Part shown: in pieces, positions 34,915 through 46,467 of the stretch
Numbering within the stretch: the first letter of the stretch is position 1
Layout of the letters: each line of letters starts with the position of its first letter
NCBI RefSeq assembly: GCF_055900595.2
Contig: NZ_JBVWEU010000002.1
Origin: a plasmid
Length of the DNA: 64,000 nucleotides
Direction: 5' to 3' (one strand)
Made by a program: the position numbers and the translations under genes
The notes under the pieces: generated by a model
Told to the model about the DNA's origin: nothing
Databases searched by the model: none
Seen by the model: the letters and a program-made list of their open reading frames with translations, nothing else

Positions 34915-37076
34915 CAGAAATCATCTCCCGGCTCAACATCCTCCCCGCGCTCCCGGTGCACATTAATGTTCACCTCTTCACGACGCTGCATCTGCTGCTG
35001 GATGTCCGGATGATTTTCCTGTTGCCATGCCTCATAAGCGGCCATATCCACCACTTCACCGGATTCACTGATCCCGGGTGGCAGTTGCTGTTCCATCTCT
35101 TCTTCCGGTTTCATTTTCAGCTCCTGCTCGATCCCCCCTGCCGGAACATTCACACCTGAATCTGACTTCTTATCGTTGATGGCAGGAGACACCGGCTGTT
35201 GCGGCTGTTGCGGCTGTTCAGCCTGAGTCACGTCTTCTCCGGAAACAACTTCCGGCACATCCGGTTCGAAGAGGCTGGCCATCTGACGACCTTCTGCTTC
35301 CCTTGCGGCAAGTACGGCACTCAGACGGTTCTCCATTTCCGGGTTGATGTCACGCGGAATAAACTCCGGAGCGACCTTCGGACGTGCCTGATATTTCAGT
35401 GAGAGTTTTACTGCCGGATACGGTCCGGGCAGGGTGACATAACAGGTCAAATCCGGCAGAGACTGAATGTCAGAATAACTGACCAGCGTCTGGCGCTCCA
35501 TATCCTTACCGGTCGATACCCCGTCACGTACCGGATCAGCACCGTAGGAGTACTGCTCGCTGGCTTTCAGGTGCTCTTTCTCACCAATCTCACCGGCAGC
35601 GAACTCTGCAATCTTATGGCTGGGAGAACGGAAAAAGGCACGGGTGTTCATGACGTCAAACAGCGTGGCAGCCGCTTTCTCACCGTAGATATCTTCCAGC
35701 TGGGCATAGGACTGGATACCAAACACATAACAGCCACCGAACTTACGGGCTTCCGGCAGGATCTCCACCAGGTCCGGCAGTTTGTGTAACGTGGGTAGCT
35801 CATCACAGAAAAACCACACACGACGGTTACGGTTTTCTCCCATTGCCAGCAGACCACGAATGGCAATGGACAGCCACATGGAGATCACCGGCTTCAGGGA
35901 GGCATGGGTGTCGGCATTCGACGAGATAAACAGCCAGCCGTTTTTCTGATCTTCCCGGACACCCCGCATCCAGTCACGGATGGTAAAAGACTCACCGTTA
36001 TGCTCAATCCCCTGCAGGTAACGGATGGCTTTCACGTAGTTGGTCAGCACAGCACGGATGGAAATCGCCGTTTTCTCAATTTTCTCTTCCACCAGGTTGG
36101 CCGCCGGTGAATTACGCAGGAAGGTACGCAGTTTTTCGATTTTGATGGAAAGCAGTGTGTCCACCAGTTTGCTGTAGCTGCGGTTGGGGTCATTACGCAT
36201 CAGGTACGCCGCTTCCGCAAAAATGGTACGTCCTGAACCCTGCCAGAACGGGTCCTCTTTTGTGCCCATCGGGATCAGGGTATTTGCCGTATTATCAAAA
36301 TCCGGCTGTGTCAGACACTCCTTCCATAAATCCCAGGCGGCACAGCGGGCATCCAGCGGATTCAGGATCTTATCGATGGAGGGATCATAGTAACTTTTAA
36401 CAAATTCCCCTGAACGGTCATAAATCACCACCATATCACCGCGCTGACGGGCGTAGTTGGCCAGACGACGGATAACTTCCGACTTACCGGCCCCGACCGT
36501 GCCGTGCAGACAGAAGTTCTGGATTTCAGAATCCCGGATAATCGGCAGGTCGCCAATCCGGATATCGGAGTCCTTGCCGTCTTTTTTCAGCATCCGGGCA
36601 ACGTCTTTCGGATTGTCTGTCAGCTGACGACCACCTGTGACTTCATTTTCGCTCTGTTGTTTACCCTGACGCCCCAGAATCCAGGAGACAACAAAGAAGG
36701 TAATCAGGCAAATAACCAGTGCCACAACTGTGGCCAGAACGAATGCGGACCATAGCTGCTCTCCGCACCAGATCATATATTTATCATGCAGTACCTGAGC
36801 AGCATTCATCCGGAAGGTTTTGCCGTAATACTGGATCTCATAGACCGGCTGGGACTTGATTAAATCCCGCATGCCTTCCAGCGTGGTACACCACCAGTAA
36901 ATACAGCCGTTCACAAACGTCTGCCAGCTTATTTTTACCCATAAAACCAGACCAACGAGTATCCAGAAAAAAATAAACAGGCAGTAAAGCATGATATTGG
37001 CGATCTGGCTGAACATGCGGATACGCATGGACGCAATCTGACCGCCCTGGGTCATATCCTTTGCGTTAAAACTCAT
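34914..37076 (-). CDS. traD: type IV coupling protein TraD
   Basis: 720 aa with Walker A and C-terminal QQP repeats. Confidence 0.95.
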   Translation of the reverse strand: MSFNAKDMTQGGQIASMRIRMFSQIANIMLYCLFIFFWILVGLVLWVKISWQTFVNGCIYWWCTTLEGMRDLIKSQPVYEIQYYGKTFRMNAAQVLHDKYMIWCGEQLWSAFVLATVVALVICLITFFVVSWILGRQGKQQSENEVTGGRQLTDNPKDVARMLKKDGKDSDIRIGDLPIIRDSEIQNFCLHGTVGAGKSEVIRRLANYARQRGDMVVIYDRSGEFVKSYYDPSIDKILNPLDARCAAWDLWKECLTQPDFDNTANTLIPMGTKEDPFWQGSGRTIFAEAAYLMRNDPNRSYSKLVDTLLSIKIEKLRTFLRNSPAANLVEEKIEKTAISIRAVLTNYVKAIRYLQGIEHNGESFTIRDWMRGVREDQKNGWLFISSNADTHASLKPVISMWLSIAIRGLLAMGENRNRRVWFFCDELPTLHKLPDLVEILPEARKFGGCYVFGIQSYAQLEDIYGEKAAATLFDVMNTRAFFRSPSHKIAEFAAGEIGEKEHLKASEQYSYGADPVRDGVSTGKDMERQTLVSYSDIQSLPDLTCYVTLPGPYPAVKLSLKYQARPKVAPEFIPRDINPEMENRLSAVLAAREAEGRQMASLFEPDVPEVVSGEDVTQAEQPQQPQQPVSPAINDKKSDSGVNVPAGGIEQELKMKPEEEMEQQLPPGISESGEVVDMAAYEAWQQENHPDIQQQMQRREEVNINVHRERGEDVEPGDDF
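35194..35219. repeat. 9-bp tandem repeat ggctgttgc (about 2.8 copies) encoding the TraD QQP repeat
   Basis: read directly in sequence; translates on the minus strand to QPQQPQQP. Confidence 0.8.
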
Positions 37077-37221
37077 GATGATATTCCGAAGAAAAAAAGT
37101 TAGTCGGACTGATTATTAATGATGAAAAGATTAATAACCGTTAAATTCCGGCTTCGCCGGCAACACTTCACGGTCGCACAAAGAATTTGCACAACCGCTC
37201 AGTGTTTTCATATTTATTTCG

Positions 37222-37293
37222 GAAACGCCGGGGAGAAATAAAATTTATTTTATTTCTTTCCGGGGTTGGACAACGAGCAAAGCGAGGCGTCAG
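37222..37293. repeat. structured repeat, copy B (hairpin plus conserved 3' tail)
   Basis: gaaacgccgg...hairpin...tttccggggttggacaacgagcaaagcgaggcgtcag in the traT-traD intergenic region. Confidence 0.5.
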
Positions 37294-37328
37294 TCAGGAG
37301 GCCGGTCAGACCAGCCTCCGGAAGATAA

Positions 37329-38060
37329 TCAGAGAATATTTGCGATTGATTTGGCCAGCTGGTCTTCGAGAACAGGCTTCGCCTCTTCAAATTTCAGGTT
37401 AACCTTGTTCGCATTTGAGACCACACGGGTCTGGTATTTATGCTGGTTACCTGTTTCAGTACTGGTCTGAATTTTCGCACCTGATGTGCCCTGACGCAGG
37501 GCGGCTACATTGTCCGTTGTCACCGTTGCCTTAGTACGCTCTGCAATCTGCACATCCGTGATCATGGTATAGTTCACATCTTCCACCATCGCATCTGCAG
37601 CCATACCCACCAGACCGGCAGCAAGGCCCACACCGAGTGTGGCACCGGCAGAACTGGAATTATATCCGGTGATACCGGCACCTAACGCTGCACCAACTGC
37701 TGCGCCTTCATAACCACGGTTCAGCCATCCCTGAGACTCCCGCAGATCCATCTTATCGGCCTTCAGCACATTCGCCTGAATCCAGTAGTAGGCTTTATCC
37801 GGAGAAGTCACCACCTGATACCCTTTTGCTTTCACAGCATCAGCAATTTTGCCCTGCAGCCCACTCATGTCTTTATCAGACGTGTTTTTGATCTGCAGAA
37901 ATACCGTGCGTTCGCTGGCGGGTTCAAGCCAGATGGTCTCACTCATCTGAGTCTTCACCTCAAGGTTACGCTTCTTGATTGCTGTGCTCATCGCACCACA
38001 CCCTGAAACGGCCAGAGTGGAACTGACCAGTGCAACCATCATCAATTTTTTTGTTTTCAT
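37329..38060 (-). CDS. traT: surface exclusion lipoprotein TraT
   Basis: [21 protein letters not shown] lipoprotein signal; start set at the internal ATG of the longer ORF. Confidence 0.9.
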   Translation of the reverse strand: MKTKKLMMVALVSSTLAVSGCGAMSTAIKKRNLEVKTQMSETIWLEPASERTVFLQIKNTSDKDMSGLQGKIADAVKAKGYQVVTSPDKAYYWIQANVLKADKMDLRESQGWLNRGYEGAAVGAALGAGITGYNSSSAGATLGVGLAAGLVGMAADAMVEDVNYTMITDVQIAERTKATVTTDNVAALRQGTSGAKIQTSTETGNQHKYQTRVVSNANKVNLKFEEAKPVLEDQLAKSIANIL

Positions 38061-38091
38061 CAAATTACCTTTATTACAAACCACAGTTTTC

Positions 38092-38607
38092 TTATCGCCT
38101 GTCATCATAGTCCTGCCAACAAGTCCCAAAAGTATTTCCTGCTGAATCAAATCCTCCATGCATAGCTAATCCTGTTGCCGGATTAGTACGATAAAAATCC
38201 ACATAATCAAAATTCACATCATCAAAATCCAGATGCAAATCTTCATTAGTTTGTTCATTTACCTGAGATTGCATCCATTCTCTTACACTTACACAACCAC
38301 TAATTCGCCTTAATTCGTATAGTGTACCAATGATAAAAACCATCAGGCTTAATAACGGAGAGAGTAAGGAAGATACTGGCATCAGTATATACCAAACGCC
38401 TTTACTGAATTTAAACTCATCCGACACATGCCGTTTTTTTCGTATTTGAGAAAATAACCATATAAACAATCCCTGCCATAGTACAATAAAGCACAGGATA
38501 AAAACTGTTTCGGCACTCCCCCAATCAGCCAGATAACAGGCAATGAACTGTATCACCGTCACCAGAGCAATATGAGCTAAATTTTTCATTATCATCTCCC
38601 CATACAA
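38092..38607 (-). CDS. traS: entry exclusion protein TraS
   Basis: small hydrophobic protein between traG and traT. Confidence 0.6.
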   Translation of the reverse strand: MYGEMIMKNLAHIALVTVIQFIACYLADWGSAETVFILCFIVLWQGLFIWLFSQIRKKRHVSDEFKFSKGVWYILMPVSSLLSPLLSLMVFIIGTLYELRRISGCVSVREWMQSQVNEQTNEDLHLDFDDVNFDYVDFYRTNPATGLAMHGGFDSAGNTFGTCWQDYDDRR

Positions 38608-38609
38608 TA

Positions 38610-41432
38610 TTATTGCTTGTGCTTATCCTGATACTCCTTTGCTCTTTTCATCAGTTCCTGTGGACTGTCAGCCCCGGGCATTCTTTCCTGACCCGATTTT
38701 TCTTCATTATATTTATTATTCTGAGATAATGCCTCTGTTTTATGGTGATTTTGTAGTTCAGAATACTGTCTTCCTACAATATTTTCTTCGCCACGTATGC
38801 TGCTCTGAGTATCTCCGATATTGCCTCTGTATTCTGTGACCATATTATCAACCTGATGTTTTACATCATTACGGATATTACTGTCCTGCGTTCTTTGCTC
38901 AATAATGGCCTGATGCCCCTGATGATCAGCAATAATATCCTGGCTGCCACCCCCCGAAGGTACGCTCTCCATTCCTTTACCGATGTCCCCACGGGATTCA
39001 CGCCAGGCATTATCAACACCAGGCTGCACCTGTTCCTGAACAAAAGACCACGCCATAGCCCGACGGCGTTCTGCAATCTCCGGGGAACTGGTGTTTGTCA
39101 GAATAGCTTCGGCATCCTGCGGCGCGTGTTTCATCACATACTGTGCAAACTGTTGCGACAGGTCTTCACTCATCTGCCCACTCATGCTTTCAGTACGGGA
39201 TGCCATTTCAGCATATTCATGGCTGCGGGTCATATTCGTCGTGTACTGGTCGTAACTCTGTTTTGCTGAGTTCAGGGCTGCAGACAGCTGGTCCACACGG
39301 GAATCGGCATTATTGTCCGTATGGCTGCCGGATTCACTGACCTTGCGACTGGTAAAGTAATCGCTGGCCTCTTTAAAGTCTTGTGTAGCCCTGGCATCGA
39401 TATCATGGCGAGCATCATGGCTGGCCCGTGAACCACTGCTGGCCTGATGCGCATCCTCATCACTCCAGTCAATACTTGCCCGACCACCACCTCTAACACC
39501 TACGCCACCACCAACACCAAGAATTTTAGGTTTAACCCCCCATTCAGCATGAGCATCGCCATACATCCCCGCAGAACCTCTCGTACTTCTTGATGCCAGT
39601 TCTCTTGTCGCCTGCTCATTACTGATATTATGCGCCTTCGCATAGCTTTCCACTGCGCTGCGCATACGGCTGGCCATCATGGAGTCCTGTGCACTCATCG
39701 TGCTGTCAGCACCACCGGTGACAGAATCACTGCTCCCCCGGTTAGAACCAAACTGACTGAGCGAGTTCCAGGCACTGGCAATACTGCTGCTGAACCCATG
39801 CAGGGCGCTTTCTGCTCTGTTCGACGCCTCCCGGGCCATTTCCTGTTGTGCCGCCGCAATCTGACGCGTTGCATTGATACCGACCGGTAAACGGGACATC
39901 GCCCCGCTCGCATCCATCACCATATTACCGTCACGGGTCTGTGTGGCGGTTGCGCCACTGCCGGTCTGGTACATCATCTGACCAAACGACGTGGTGCTGT
40001 TGGTGCTCCAGCTGAATCCGTTCACGTTTTCCGTCTGCATGTTGCCGTAGGAGTAATTACCGTCAACCACACTACCTGCCGCACTGGCAGTCGGGCTGAT
40101 AGCAGAGGAAGCGAAATGGCTGTACACACTGGAAAATCCGGCCCCGAGTCCCCTGACCATCATCCAGGATAATGGCGGGATCATCATGGAAAGATACCCG
40201 GCAGTGGAAGCCAGATCGGAGTATTTCAGCTGTATCTGTGAAATTTCCGAGAGCACCACCGGTGCACCATTCTGCTTCGCATAAAATGTCATGGCGCTGT
40301 TCAGAATGGCGTACAACATTGGCCATGACTGCAACCACATCAGGGCAAACACATAGCCTTTCAGGACGGACAGCGTCAGTTTGTTGAAGACAGCCGCCAG
40401 TACCAGAAGCGGGAAAATACCGATGGCGATCCCCGTCAGGATGGTCTGCGTCATGGGCAGTGTCCGCATCGCCACATGACCGATGGAGACATGTGCCAGA
40501 CGTTGCTTCTCCATCGATGACGTGGTGGCCAGATTCACCAGGCTGGCTGAATCACCATTACGCGCGGCATAACTGGTGATCCCCTCCTTCAGCGCATTGA
40601 TGGTGACATTCTGGCGGATGATCTGGCTGGCTGATTTACTTGAGCCATAGAAGTAACTGTAACTGTCGCCAATCAGCGTACTGAACAACAGGTTCGGATC
40701 AGGGCGTCCACCAAATAGCTGCTGGGCATAATAATGCCAGGTTTTTCCGCCACTCTGTGTATCCAGATTCAGCTTGTCTTTCAGCGAAACCGACGCGTCC
40801 TTACAGGTCACGAAATTATTATTGCTGTCATAAACGCCCCGTAGCGGACTGGGGCGGGAAAAAATCAGCGTGTAGGGATCAGCGGAGGCCATCAGCTCCT
40901 CCAGCGTGTATTTGTGGTTCAGGTAAATATCCCCCATCACGCAGTTCTGCACATAATCCTGGAAAAGATTGGCGATTTCCGGATTGCGGGACAAAAAGTC
41001 GGTGCTTTTTGATACCAGTTCTGCGCCAAACAGCATCCCCGTTTTGCTGTAGGTGACACTGTCCGGTTGCGTGAAGATCATCTCGTAACTGGCCACCATT
41101 GCATGCCCGATACGGGTCGTCAGTGAAAGTGGCATCGCCAGTCCGACCGGCACATTATCCACCCGGTGAACTTTGACCAGGTCACTGTTATCAATAATCT
41201 GCACCGATGTGCGGACATTAACCAGCAGGCTGATAAGCACAAACACGGCCACCCAGCCCAGCAAATCCATCACGTTGTGCCGCTGTACCCACATTACGGC
41301 CACCGCGAGAACAGACAATGTGAGCGCAATTTTTTCAATGGAATCCCACGTCCGGGTCCCCATAAAGGCGGCAATGGCATTCAGGTTATTCCGCAACCAC
41401 TCACCACCGGCAATCACATAAACTTCATTCAC
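38610..41432 (-). CDS. traG: mating-pair stabilisation protein TraG
   Basis: 940 aa; position and size. Confidence 0.9.
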   Translation of the reverse strand: MNEVYVIAGGEWLRNNLNAIAAFMGTRTWDSIEKIALTLSVLAVAVMWVQRHNVMDLLGWVAVFVLISLLVNVRTSVQIIDNSDLVKVHRVDNVPVGLAMPLSLTTRIGHAMVASYEMIFTQPDSVTYSKTGMLFGAELVSKSTDFLSRNPEIANLFQDYVQNCVMGDIYLNHKYTLEELMASADPYTLIFSRPSPLRGVYDSNNNFVTCKDASVSLKDKLNLDTQSGGKTWHYYAQQLFGGRPDPNLLFSTLIGDSYSYFYGSSKSASQIIRQNVTINALKEGITSYAARNGDSASLVNLATTSSMEKQRLAHVSIGHVAMRTLPMTQTILTGIAIGIFPLLVLAAVFNKLTLSVLKGYVFALMWLQSWPMLYAILNSAMTFYAKQNGAPVVLSEISQIQLKYSDLASTAGYLSMMIPPLSWMMVRGLGAGFSSVYSHFASSAISPTASAAGSVVDGNYSYGNMQTENVNGFSWSTNSTTSFGQMMYQTGSGATATQTRDGNMVMDASGAMSRLPVGINATRQIAAAQQEMAREASNRAESALHGFSSSIASAWNSLSQFGSNRGSSDSVTGGADSTMSAQDSMMASRMRSAVESYAKAHNISNEQATRELASRSTRGSAGMYGDAHAEWGVKPKILGVGGGVGVRGGGRASIDWSDEDAHQASSGSRASHDARHDIDARATQDFKEASDYFTSRKVSESGSHTDNNADSRVDQLSAALNSAKQSYDQYTTNMTRSHEYAEMASRTESMSGQMSEDLSQQFAQYVMKHAPQDAEAILTNTSSPEIAERRRAMAWSFVQEQVQPGVDNAWRESRGDIGKGMESVPSGGGSQDIIADHQGHQAIIEQRTQDSNIRNDVKHQVDNMVTEYRGNIGDTQSSIRGEENIVGRQYSELQNHHKTEALSQNNKYNEEKSGQERMPGADSPQELMKRAKEYQDKHKQ

Positions 41433-42805
41433 AGCGTGCTCCCTCCGAAGTGATAGTTGTTCTGGTAACGACTGAGCATGCGGGCGGAAAGCTGCTGACG
41501 CATGTAGCTCATCTGACGATCGACGACCAGCAGCGCATCCTGCTGTACCTGCACCTGTGACTGAAACGCCGCAATCTGCCGGGTGGCATCATTCATGTTG
41601 TCGTTAATATGTTCGATAACTGCTTCGTCATAATTTCCTGTGGCCACCATCGCCCGGGCCTGCTGTATCAGCTCCTGAATGTACTGCAGCAGGATGTCGT
41701 AACCGATATAGTCCGTCAGCTGGTAAATCATACTGTTGGAAACACCGAGCATTTGCGGGTCAACCAGGTATTTGAAGACGGGGATGGTGGTACTGGAAAT
41801 AAAGCCTTTTTCCTTGTCATCCAGAGGCGTGTCACTGACCGCCTTGTTCTGAATGCTGGCCAGAAGTTTAGTAATCTGAGACTTCAGTGCATTATCCCGG
41901 CTGATGGTCACCGGTGTGTCTGCCACCACTTTCAGGCATTTATCAGAATCGTTGCAGTGATAAATTTTTGCTGTGCCGCCTTCCATCATGACCCGGATAA
42001 TTGAGCGGTCAGTGGTTCTGGCTGACAAGGGTGTGATTTCGCCGTTAGGACCAAACACCAGTGAGCCGGTCAACGTCATCACAAACTCTTTCAGCTCTTT
42101 GTTGCCGTCAAACATTCTGTTTTTGGAAAGCGCATTCCACATGATGTTGATGTTTTTGGTCACCCGCTCCTTATCCTTGTCGCTGGCTTTATCCCTGACA
42201 CTGTCAGATTTCCCGCCAACGGTACATCCCTGCCGGGAAGCCGCCCAGTCAGCAAAAATATTGCTCTCACCGGCAATGTCCTGACAGACTTTCTGCTGGG
42301 ACACCTGCGTCCGGGGGAAAAGCCCGCCGATAATCCCCTGTGCCGCCTGGCAGGAACTGAGGTTCATACTGTTAATGTCGCTTGCCATTTTCTGCAGGAA
42401 GTCTTTTGCGGTTTTGATTTCCGGCACCGTTGTCTGCAGGGCAAGGTCAAAAAAGTAACCGGCAGCATTGCTCATAATCTGCTTAACAAAACGCTGCAGC
42501 TGCTCGCCATTAATAAAACTGAACGAGCCGAGATAAGCGTCGATGCCGCCACATCCGGCATTGATATCCGGCAGCGTCATGGAAATCAGCTGAACATTTT
42601 TGACCTGAGTACGGGCATACAGGGAGCCACCGTAAGCATAACCGGCGGCCTGCCCCTGCCAGACGCCCGGCTGTGTGGTATTGGAGGCGAAGCCCAGCTT
42701 GTTAAAGAACTGATTCATGTCGCTGTTCACATCCGCTGACGCTGCGGGTGTGACCGTCAGTAAAGCAGCACAAAGAACCAGAAGAGGTTTAATGCGTGGC
42801 ATCAT
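41429..42805 (-). CDS. traH: pilus assembly protein TraH
   Basis: 458 aa with signal peptide; position and size. Confidence 0.9.
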   Translation of the reverse strand: MMPRIKPLLVLCAALLTVTPAASADVNSDMNQFFNKLGFASNTTQPGVWQGQAAGYAYGGSLYARTQVKNVQLISMTLPDINAGCGGIDAYLGSFSFINGEQLQRFVKQIMSNAAGYFFDLALQTTVPEIKTAKDFLQKMASDINSMNLSSCQAAQGIIGGLFPRTQVSQQKVCQDIAGESNIFADWAASRQGCTVGGKSDSVRDKASDKDKERVTKNINIMWNALSKNRMFDGNKELKEFVMTLTGSLVFGPNGEITPLSARTTDRSIIRVMMEGGTAKIYHCNDSDKCLKVVADTPVTISRDNALKSQITKLLASIQNKAVSDTPLDDKEKGFISSTTIPVFKYLVDPQMLGVSNSMIYQLTDYIGYDILLQYIQELIQQARAMVATGNYDEAVIEHINDNMNDATRQIAAFQSQVQVQQDALLVVDRQMSYMRQQLSARMLSRYQNNYHFGGSTL

Positions 42806-43197
42806 TCTTGCCCTCCCTTAATTTGTTCTCCCGGCGCATACGACATTTCAGCAGGAATATCCCGATATTTCCGTCCAGTCCTGCGGCTGTAATATATTTC
42901 AGACACCGAAATCCATCCCACAATTGCCCCCACAAAAAACACAACAGAAACAGAAAAGGTAAGGCACAGCGAAACGACAATTTCTACAGGGCTGGCGGGA
43001 TAAAAAAGCCCCTGATGGATAAAGGGGATATTCAGGCTGACGATTATTCCCGTCGCGATGCCGGATATTCCGGCAATGAGTAACACCACCTGCTTATTTC
43101 GCACCTTTTTTTCCTCCGTACATCTGCAGAACGGTATCCATCCGCGCCATAAAACCGGCGGCATCCGTTGCCCCCTGTAAAAGCGGTAATGCCTCAA
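42802..43197 (-). CDS. TrbF-like (or TrbJ-like) transfer protein
   Basis: small membrane ORF between trbB and traH; only one ORF occupies the slot that holds trbJ and trbF in F. Confidence 0.45.
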   Translation of the reverse strand: MRHYRFYRGQRMPPVLWRGWIPFCRCTEEKKVRNKQVVLLIAGISGIATGIIVSLNIPFIHQGLFYPASPVEIVVSLCLTFSVSVVFFVGAIVGWISVSEIYYSRRTGRKYRDIPAEMSYAPGEQIKGGQE

Positions 43198-43639
43198 GCG
43201 TGTTGACGTTGACCAGGAAGGTGGTCGGTGTGGCCACCGGGATATTCGGGAAGAAGGTCTGCATCACGTCCGGTGGCACCGGTAATGCTTCCGGAAAGGC
43301 GGTATCCCCCTGACCATCCAGGGTGTAGGGAAAAACGGAAAAGCCGTACTGCTGTGCCAACTGCTTCAGTACCGGGTCAAACTGGTGACAGTAAGGGCAA
43401 TGCCCCTGCATAAACAGCACCACCTTCCAGTCGGCCAGGTTAACCTGCCTGCCGTTGCTGAGGCGGAACCAGCGGGGGGCCGGCTTTTCTGTCCTGGCTG
43501 ACGTGTCTGCTGCCGGTTGTGCAGGCTGCGCGGCCATACCCTGCGGATTCCAGAGTCGCTCTATTTCATCCCGGGTGGAGGCCTGCACACCTGTGGCCAT
43601 CATCAACAAAATGACCGGCAGTAAGTTAGTGAGAGACAT
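43094..43639 (-). CDS. trbB: thioredoxin-like transfer protein TrbB
   Basis: 181 aa with signal peptide and a CPYC thioredoxin motif. Confidence 0.8.
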   Translation of the reverse strand: MSLTNLLPVILLMMATGVQASTRDEIERLWNPQGMAAQPAQPAADTSARTEKPAPRWFRLSNGRQVNLADWKVVLFMQGHCPYCHQFDPVLKQLAQQYGFSVFPYTLDGQGDTAFPEALPVPPDVMQTFFPNIPVATPTTFLVNVNTLEALPLLQGATDAAGFMARMDTVLQMYGGKKGAK

Positions 43640-43910
43640 GTCCGCCCTCCTGCTGCTCTGCCATCATGGCCTGTTGCCTGGCTTCCAGTGCCTCACGCTC
43701 TTCCCGGCTGACACGGGCAATCCATGCATCCAGCACCTGGTATGCGCCGAACAGCACAAGGATGGCCGCAATCAACTCCGCCAGAAAAAAAGCCATCCAG
43801 GGTTTGCTGTAAACAAGACGGGCGACGATATGAAACCAGACACCCAGGGAAAATACCCACATTCCCGTAATATCAAGCCGGGGTAAAGAGAATCTGCGTT
43901 TACTTATCAT
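43626..43910 (-). CDS. traQ: pilin chaperone TraQ
   Basis: 94-aa membrane protein; position and size. Confidence 0.8.
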   Translation of the reverse strand: MISKRRFSLPRLDITGMWVFSLGVWFHIVARLVYSKPWMAFFLAELIAAILVLFGAYQVLDAWIARVSREEREALEARQQAMMAEQQEGGHVSH

Positions 43911-44028
43911 GTTAAACTCCGGTTATTATTTACATGAGAGTATTTATGTCTGTAATATTCGCGTTTGTGTGATATTAATCAGATCAACCTCATTATTTTG
44001 TATGGTTTTTATTACCGTTTTATATGAC

Positions 44029-44376
44029 TTAGCCTGTCATAAGCCCCCTTATAAAAAACCACATCACTCCGGACCATACTGATGACAACATAATACAGAT
44101 AAATATTCTTCTGAACCCGTCGAAGCTCGTAACGTTCGGTAATGAGCCAATAACCATTGGAACAACCATTGCTGCGCCCTGATTCATAATTGCACCACAC
44201 AGAAACCAGAGACTGGCAGTCAGCACATATAAACACGCGATATTAATAACAAGGAAAACCAGTGAGCTCAGGAGAAACATTTTCCTGTCATTACGCTCAG
44301 AAAAGAAATAACCGGCAATAATGACAAATATTAACAGAACAACACCTGTAAACAGTTTCAAATAATCTTCACTCAT
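44029..44376 (-). CDS. trbA: TrbA
   Basis: 115-aa membrane protein between traF and traQ. Confidence 0.65.
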   Translation of the reverse strand: MSEDYLKLFTGVVLLIFVIIAGYFFSERNDRKMFLLSSLVFLVINIACLYVLTASLWFLCGAIMNQGAAMVVPMVIGSLPNVTSFDGFRRIFICIMLSSVWSGVMWFFIRGLMTG

Positions 44377-44391
44377 AAATCAAATCCGCGA

Positions 44392-45165
44392 TTAAAAATT
44401 GGGTTTAAAATCTTCAGAAACGTTCAGGAATTGTTTTGCCAGGTCGTCCTGCGAAATAAAGCCGTATGATAACGGGCGAACACTGCCCTGTTTCGGGTCA
44501 ACCAGCATCATGGCCGGGAAATATTTCACGCCGAGGCGCTGCGCCTGCCCCTGGTCAGTCCGGGAATCCGGCAACAGCGGATTAATCACACCATCCACGG
44601 AAACGGGAATAACACTCAGACCATAGGTATCCCTGAAGCCATTAATGACCTGCGCCAGCTGCCCGTCGATGGGGTCCTGCCCCCGGTAAAAGAACATGAT
44701 GCCGTAGTGTTCAGCCAGTTTCGCAATGGCCTGTCGCTGCTGCACCTGGTCTGCCGCCAGCTGGTTCCGGACCGTGCCGTTGTAATGGCTGTACTGCAGG
44801 TTATAGTCCAGTTCGGGATGCGCCAGCATGGCTTTTTTGGCGCTCATGGTGAAAAGCCCGGCCTGCTGAGTCCAGTAATTCTGCAGCCGGAAATATTTCA
44901 CAAAATTATCCACGCCGGGATACAGAATGGCTTCGTACAGCGCCCGCTTTGTTGCCGTCTGCAGTGCGGCCAGTTTCTGCATAATGTCCGGCTCCTGACG
45001 GGGGGCTGCAGGTACTGGTTTATTTTCTTTTTCCTTCGGATTTATTTTCTCGTTATACCACTGCCAGCCTGCATCTTTTCCTGACGCCGGAAAAATAAAG
45101 CAGCAGAGTAACAGTGGCAGTAATGCTTTATTCATCTTCATTCCTTTCATCACTTTTTCTTTCAT
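44392..45165 (-). CDS. traF: pilus assembly protein TraF
   Basis: 257 aa with signal peptide; position and size. Confidence 0.9.
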   Translation of the reverse strand: MKEKVMKGMKMNKALLPLLLCCFIFPASGKDAGWQWYNEKINPKEKENKPVPAAPRQEPDIMQKLAALQTATKRALYEAILYPGVDNFVKYFRLQNYWTQQAGLFTMSAKKAMLAHPELDYNLQYSHYNGTVRNQLAADQVQQRQAIAKLAEHYGIMFFYRGQDPIDGQLAQVINGFRDTYGLSVIPVSVDGVINPLLPDSRTDQGQAQRLGVKYFPAMMLVDPKQGSVRPLSYGFISQDDLAKQFLNVSEDFKPNF

Positions 45166-45355
45166 CAGGTTTCTGCAGGTCAGTCAGGGCAGAAAAACAA
45201 AAATACAGAATAAACAGGAGCACACCGGAGTAAAAAATAACGAAAGCAGCAGCAAGTATCTCACCTGCAGTGGTTTCTTTTACCGTATCCCACGACCAGA
45301 TAATTACCGGGGAAATGACAATCGCTGTAATCAAAAGCCGGATGCGTATTCTCAT
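45128..45355 (-). CDS. trbE: TrbE
   Basis: 75-aa membrane protein (MRIRIRLLITAIVISPVIIWSW) overlapping the traF start. Confidence 0.7.
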   Translation of the reverse strand: MRIRIRLLITAIVISPVIIWSWDTVKETTAGEILAAAFVIFYSGVLLFILYFCFSALTDLQKPDERKSDERNEDE

Positions 45356-45442
45356 GAAAGGAGATCACTCAATAACTTCCATCGAGATCGGGTAATAACG
45401 GCGTTTTTCAAGGTAGTTGTCGCCTTTTGTAATAAAATTACG

Positions 45443-46348
45443 TTATGCCGCTTCTTTTTCTGGATTCAGATAAACTGCCTGAATGAGTTCCCAGTCACGC
45501 AACTGTTTGCTCCAGCGCTCAGGATGACGTTTGCGAGCTTCGCGATAAACTTTTTTTCTGGCTTCCAGTATTTGTGCGTCAATTCCGCGATGGCGTTCAT
45601 CCGGAGTAACATACTTAATACCGCTGTGCTTGTGTTCCAGGTTGTACCATCGCGTGAACTTGCTTAACCAACTTCTGGCTTCATCTATGGTTCGAAAACC
45701 ATTCTCTGGCCACCATGGACAATACTTAATCGTCCGGAAGAGCGATTCGGAATAAGGGTTATCATTGCTGACCCGGGGACGGGAATAAGAACTTAATACG
45801 CCAAGCGCGTACATTTTTGCCAGTAACGTACAACTGCGCATTGGTCCTCCGTTATCAGAATGAAGCACGAGATTGCGGGATGAACATTTTTCATTCCATA
45901 CAGCACGTTGAAGCAGTTCTGCCGCATACTGCCCAGATTCTTTCGTAAATACTTCGGCAGCAATAATTTTTCGGCTATAAATATCGACGATCATATAGAG
46001 ATAAAAATGCTGCCCCTTAACCCACGATGGGATATAACTAATATCCCAGCTCCACACCTGGTTGGGGGCTACAGCTTTGAGTACTTCAGGCCGCTTATAT
46101 TGGTGTTCACGGGTTCTCCTTGTCAGTTGGTTAGCTGATTTTAATACGCGATAAAAAGTTGATTCTGACGCGATATAAACCCCTCTGTCGGCAAGAGTCG
46201 GAACAATAATATTCGGAGACAATGATGCAAACTCCGGAGAATTGCATACATCAAGTATTCTTAATCTTTCTGTTTCTGACAGTTTATTCCCCGGGGTACG
46301 CCTTGATGCACCTGGTCTCTGATCTGTATGAACCACACCACCCTGCAT
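45443..46348 (-). CDS. IS3-family transposase OrfB (integrase core)
   Basis: 301 aa with DDE-type motifs; frame is open upstream of the first Met, consistent with frameshift fusion to orfA. Confidence 0.75.
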   Translation of the reverse strand: MQGGVVHTDQRPGASRRTPGNKLSETERLRILDVCNSPEFASLSPNIIVPTLADRGVYIASESTFYRVLKSANQLTRRTREHQYKRPEVLKAVAPNQVWSWDISYIPSWVKGQHFYLYMIVDIYSRKIIAAEVFTKESGQYAAELLQRAVWNEKCSSRNLVLHSDNGGPMRSCTLLAKMYALGVLSSYSRPRVSNDNPYSESLFRTIKYCPWWPENGFRTIDEARSWLSKFTRWYNLEHKHSGIKYVTPDERHRGIDAQILEARKKVYREARKRHPERWSKQLRDWELIQAVYLNPEKEAA

Positions 46349-46467
46349 CCAACGTTGAAGTGTTCTGACTGAAATACCAATACACTGGCAGGCTTGTGTT
46401 TTTCTCGCTCCTGAACTGACAGCCTCGCTGACCAGATTAATAATCTTCTGCCGCTCTGGAAGAGGAG

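Noticed and set aside
35194-35219. Short tandem repeat that could be mistaken for a CRISPR-like or intergenic repeat
   Set aside because: It is the coding repeat for the TraD QQP tract; no repeat-spacer array exists anywhere in the window.
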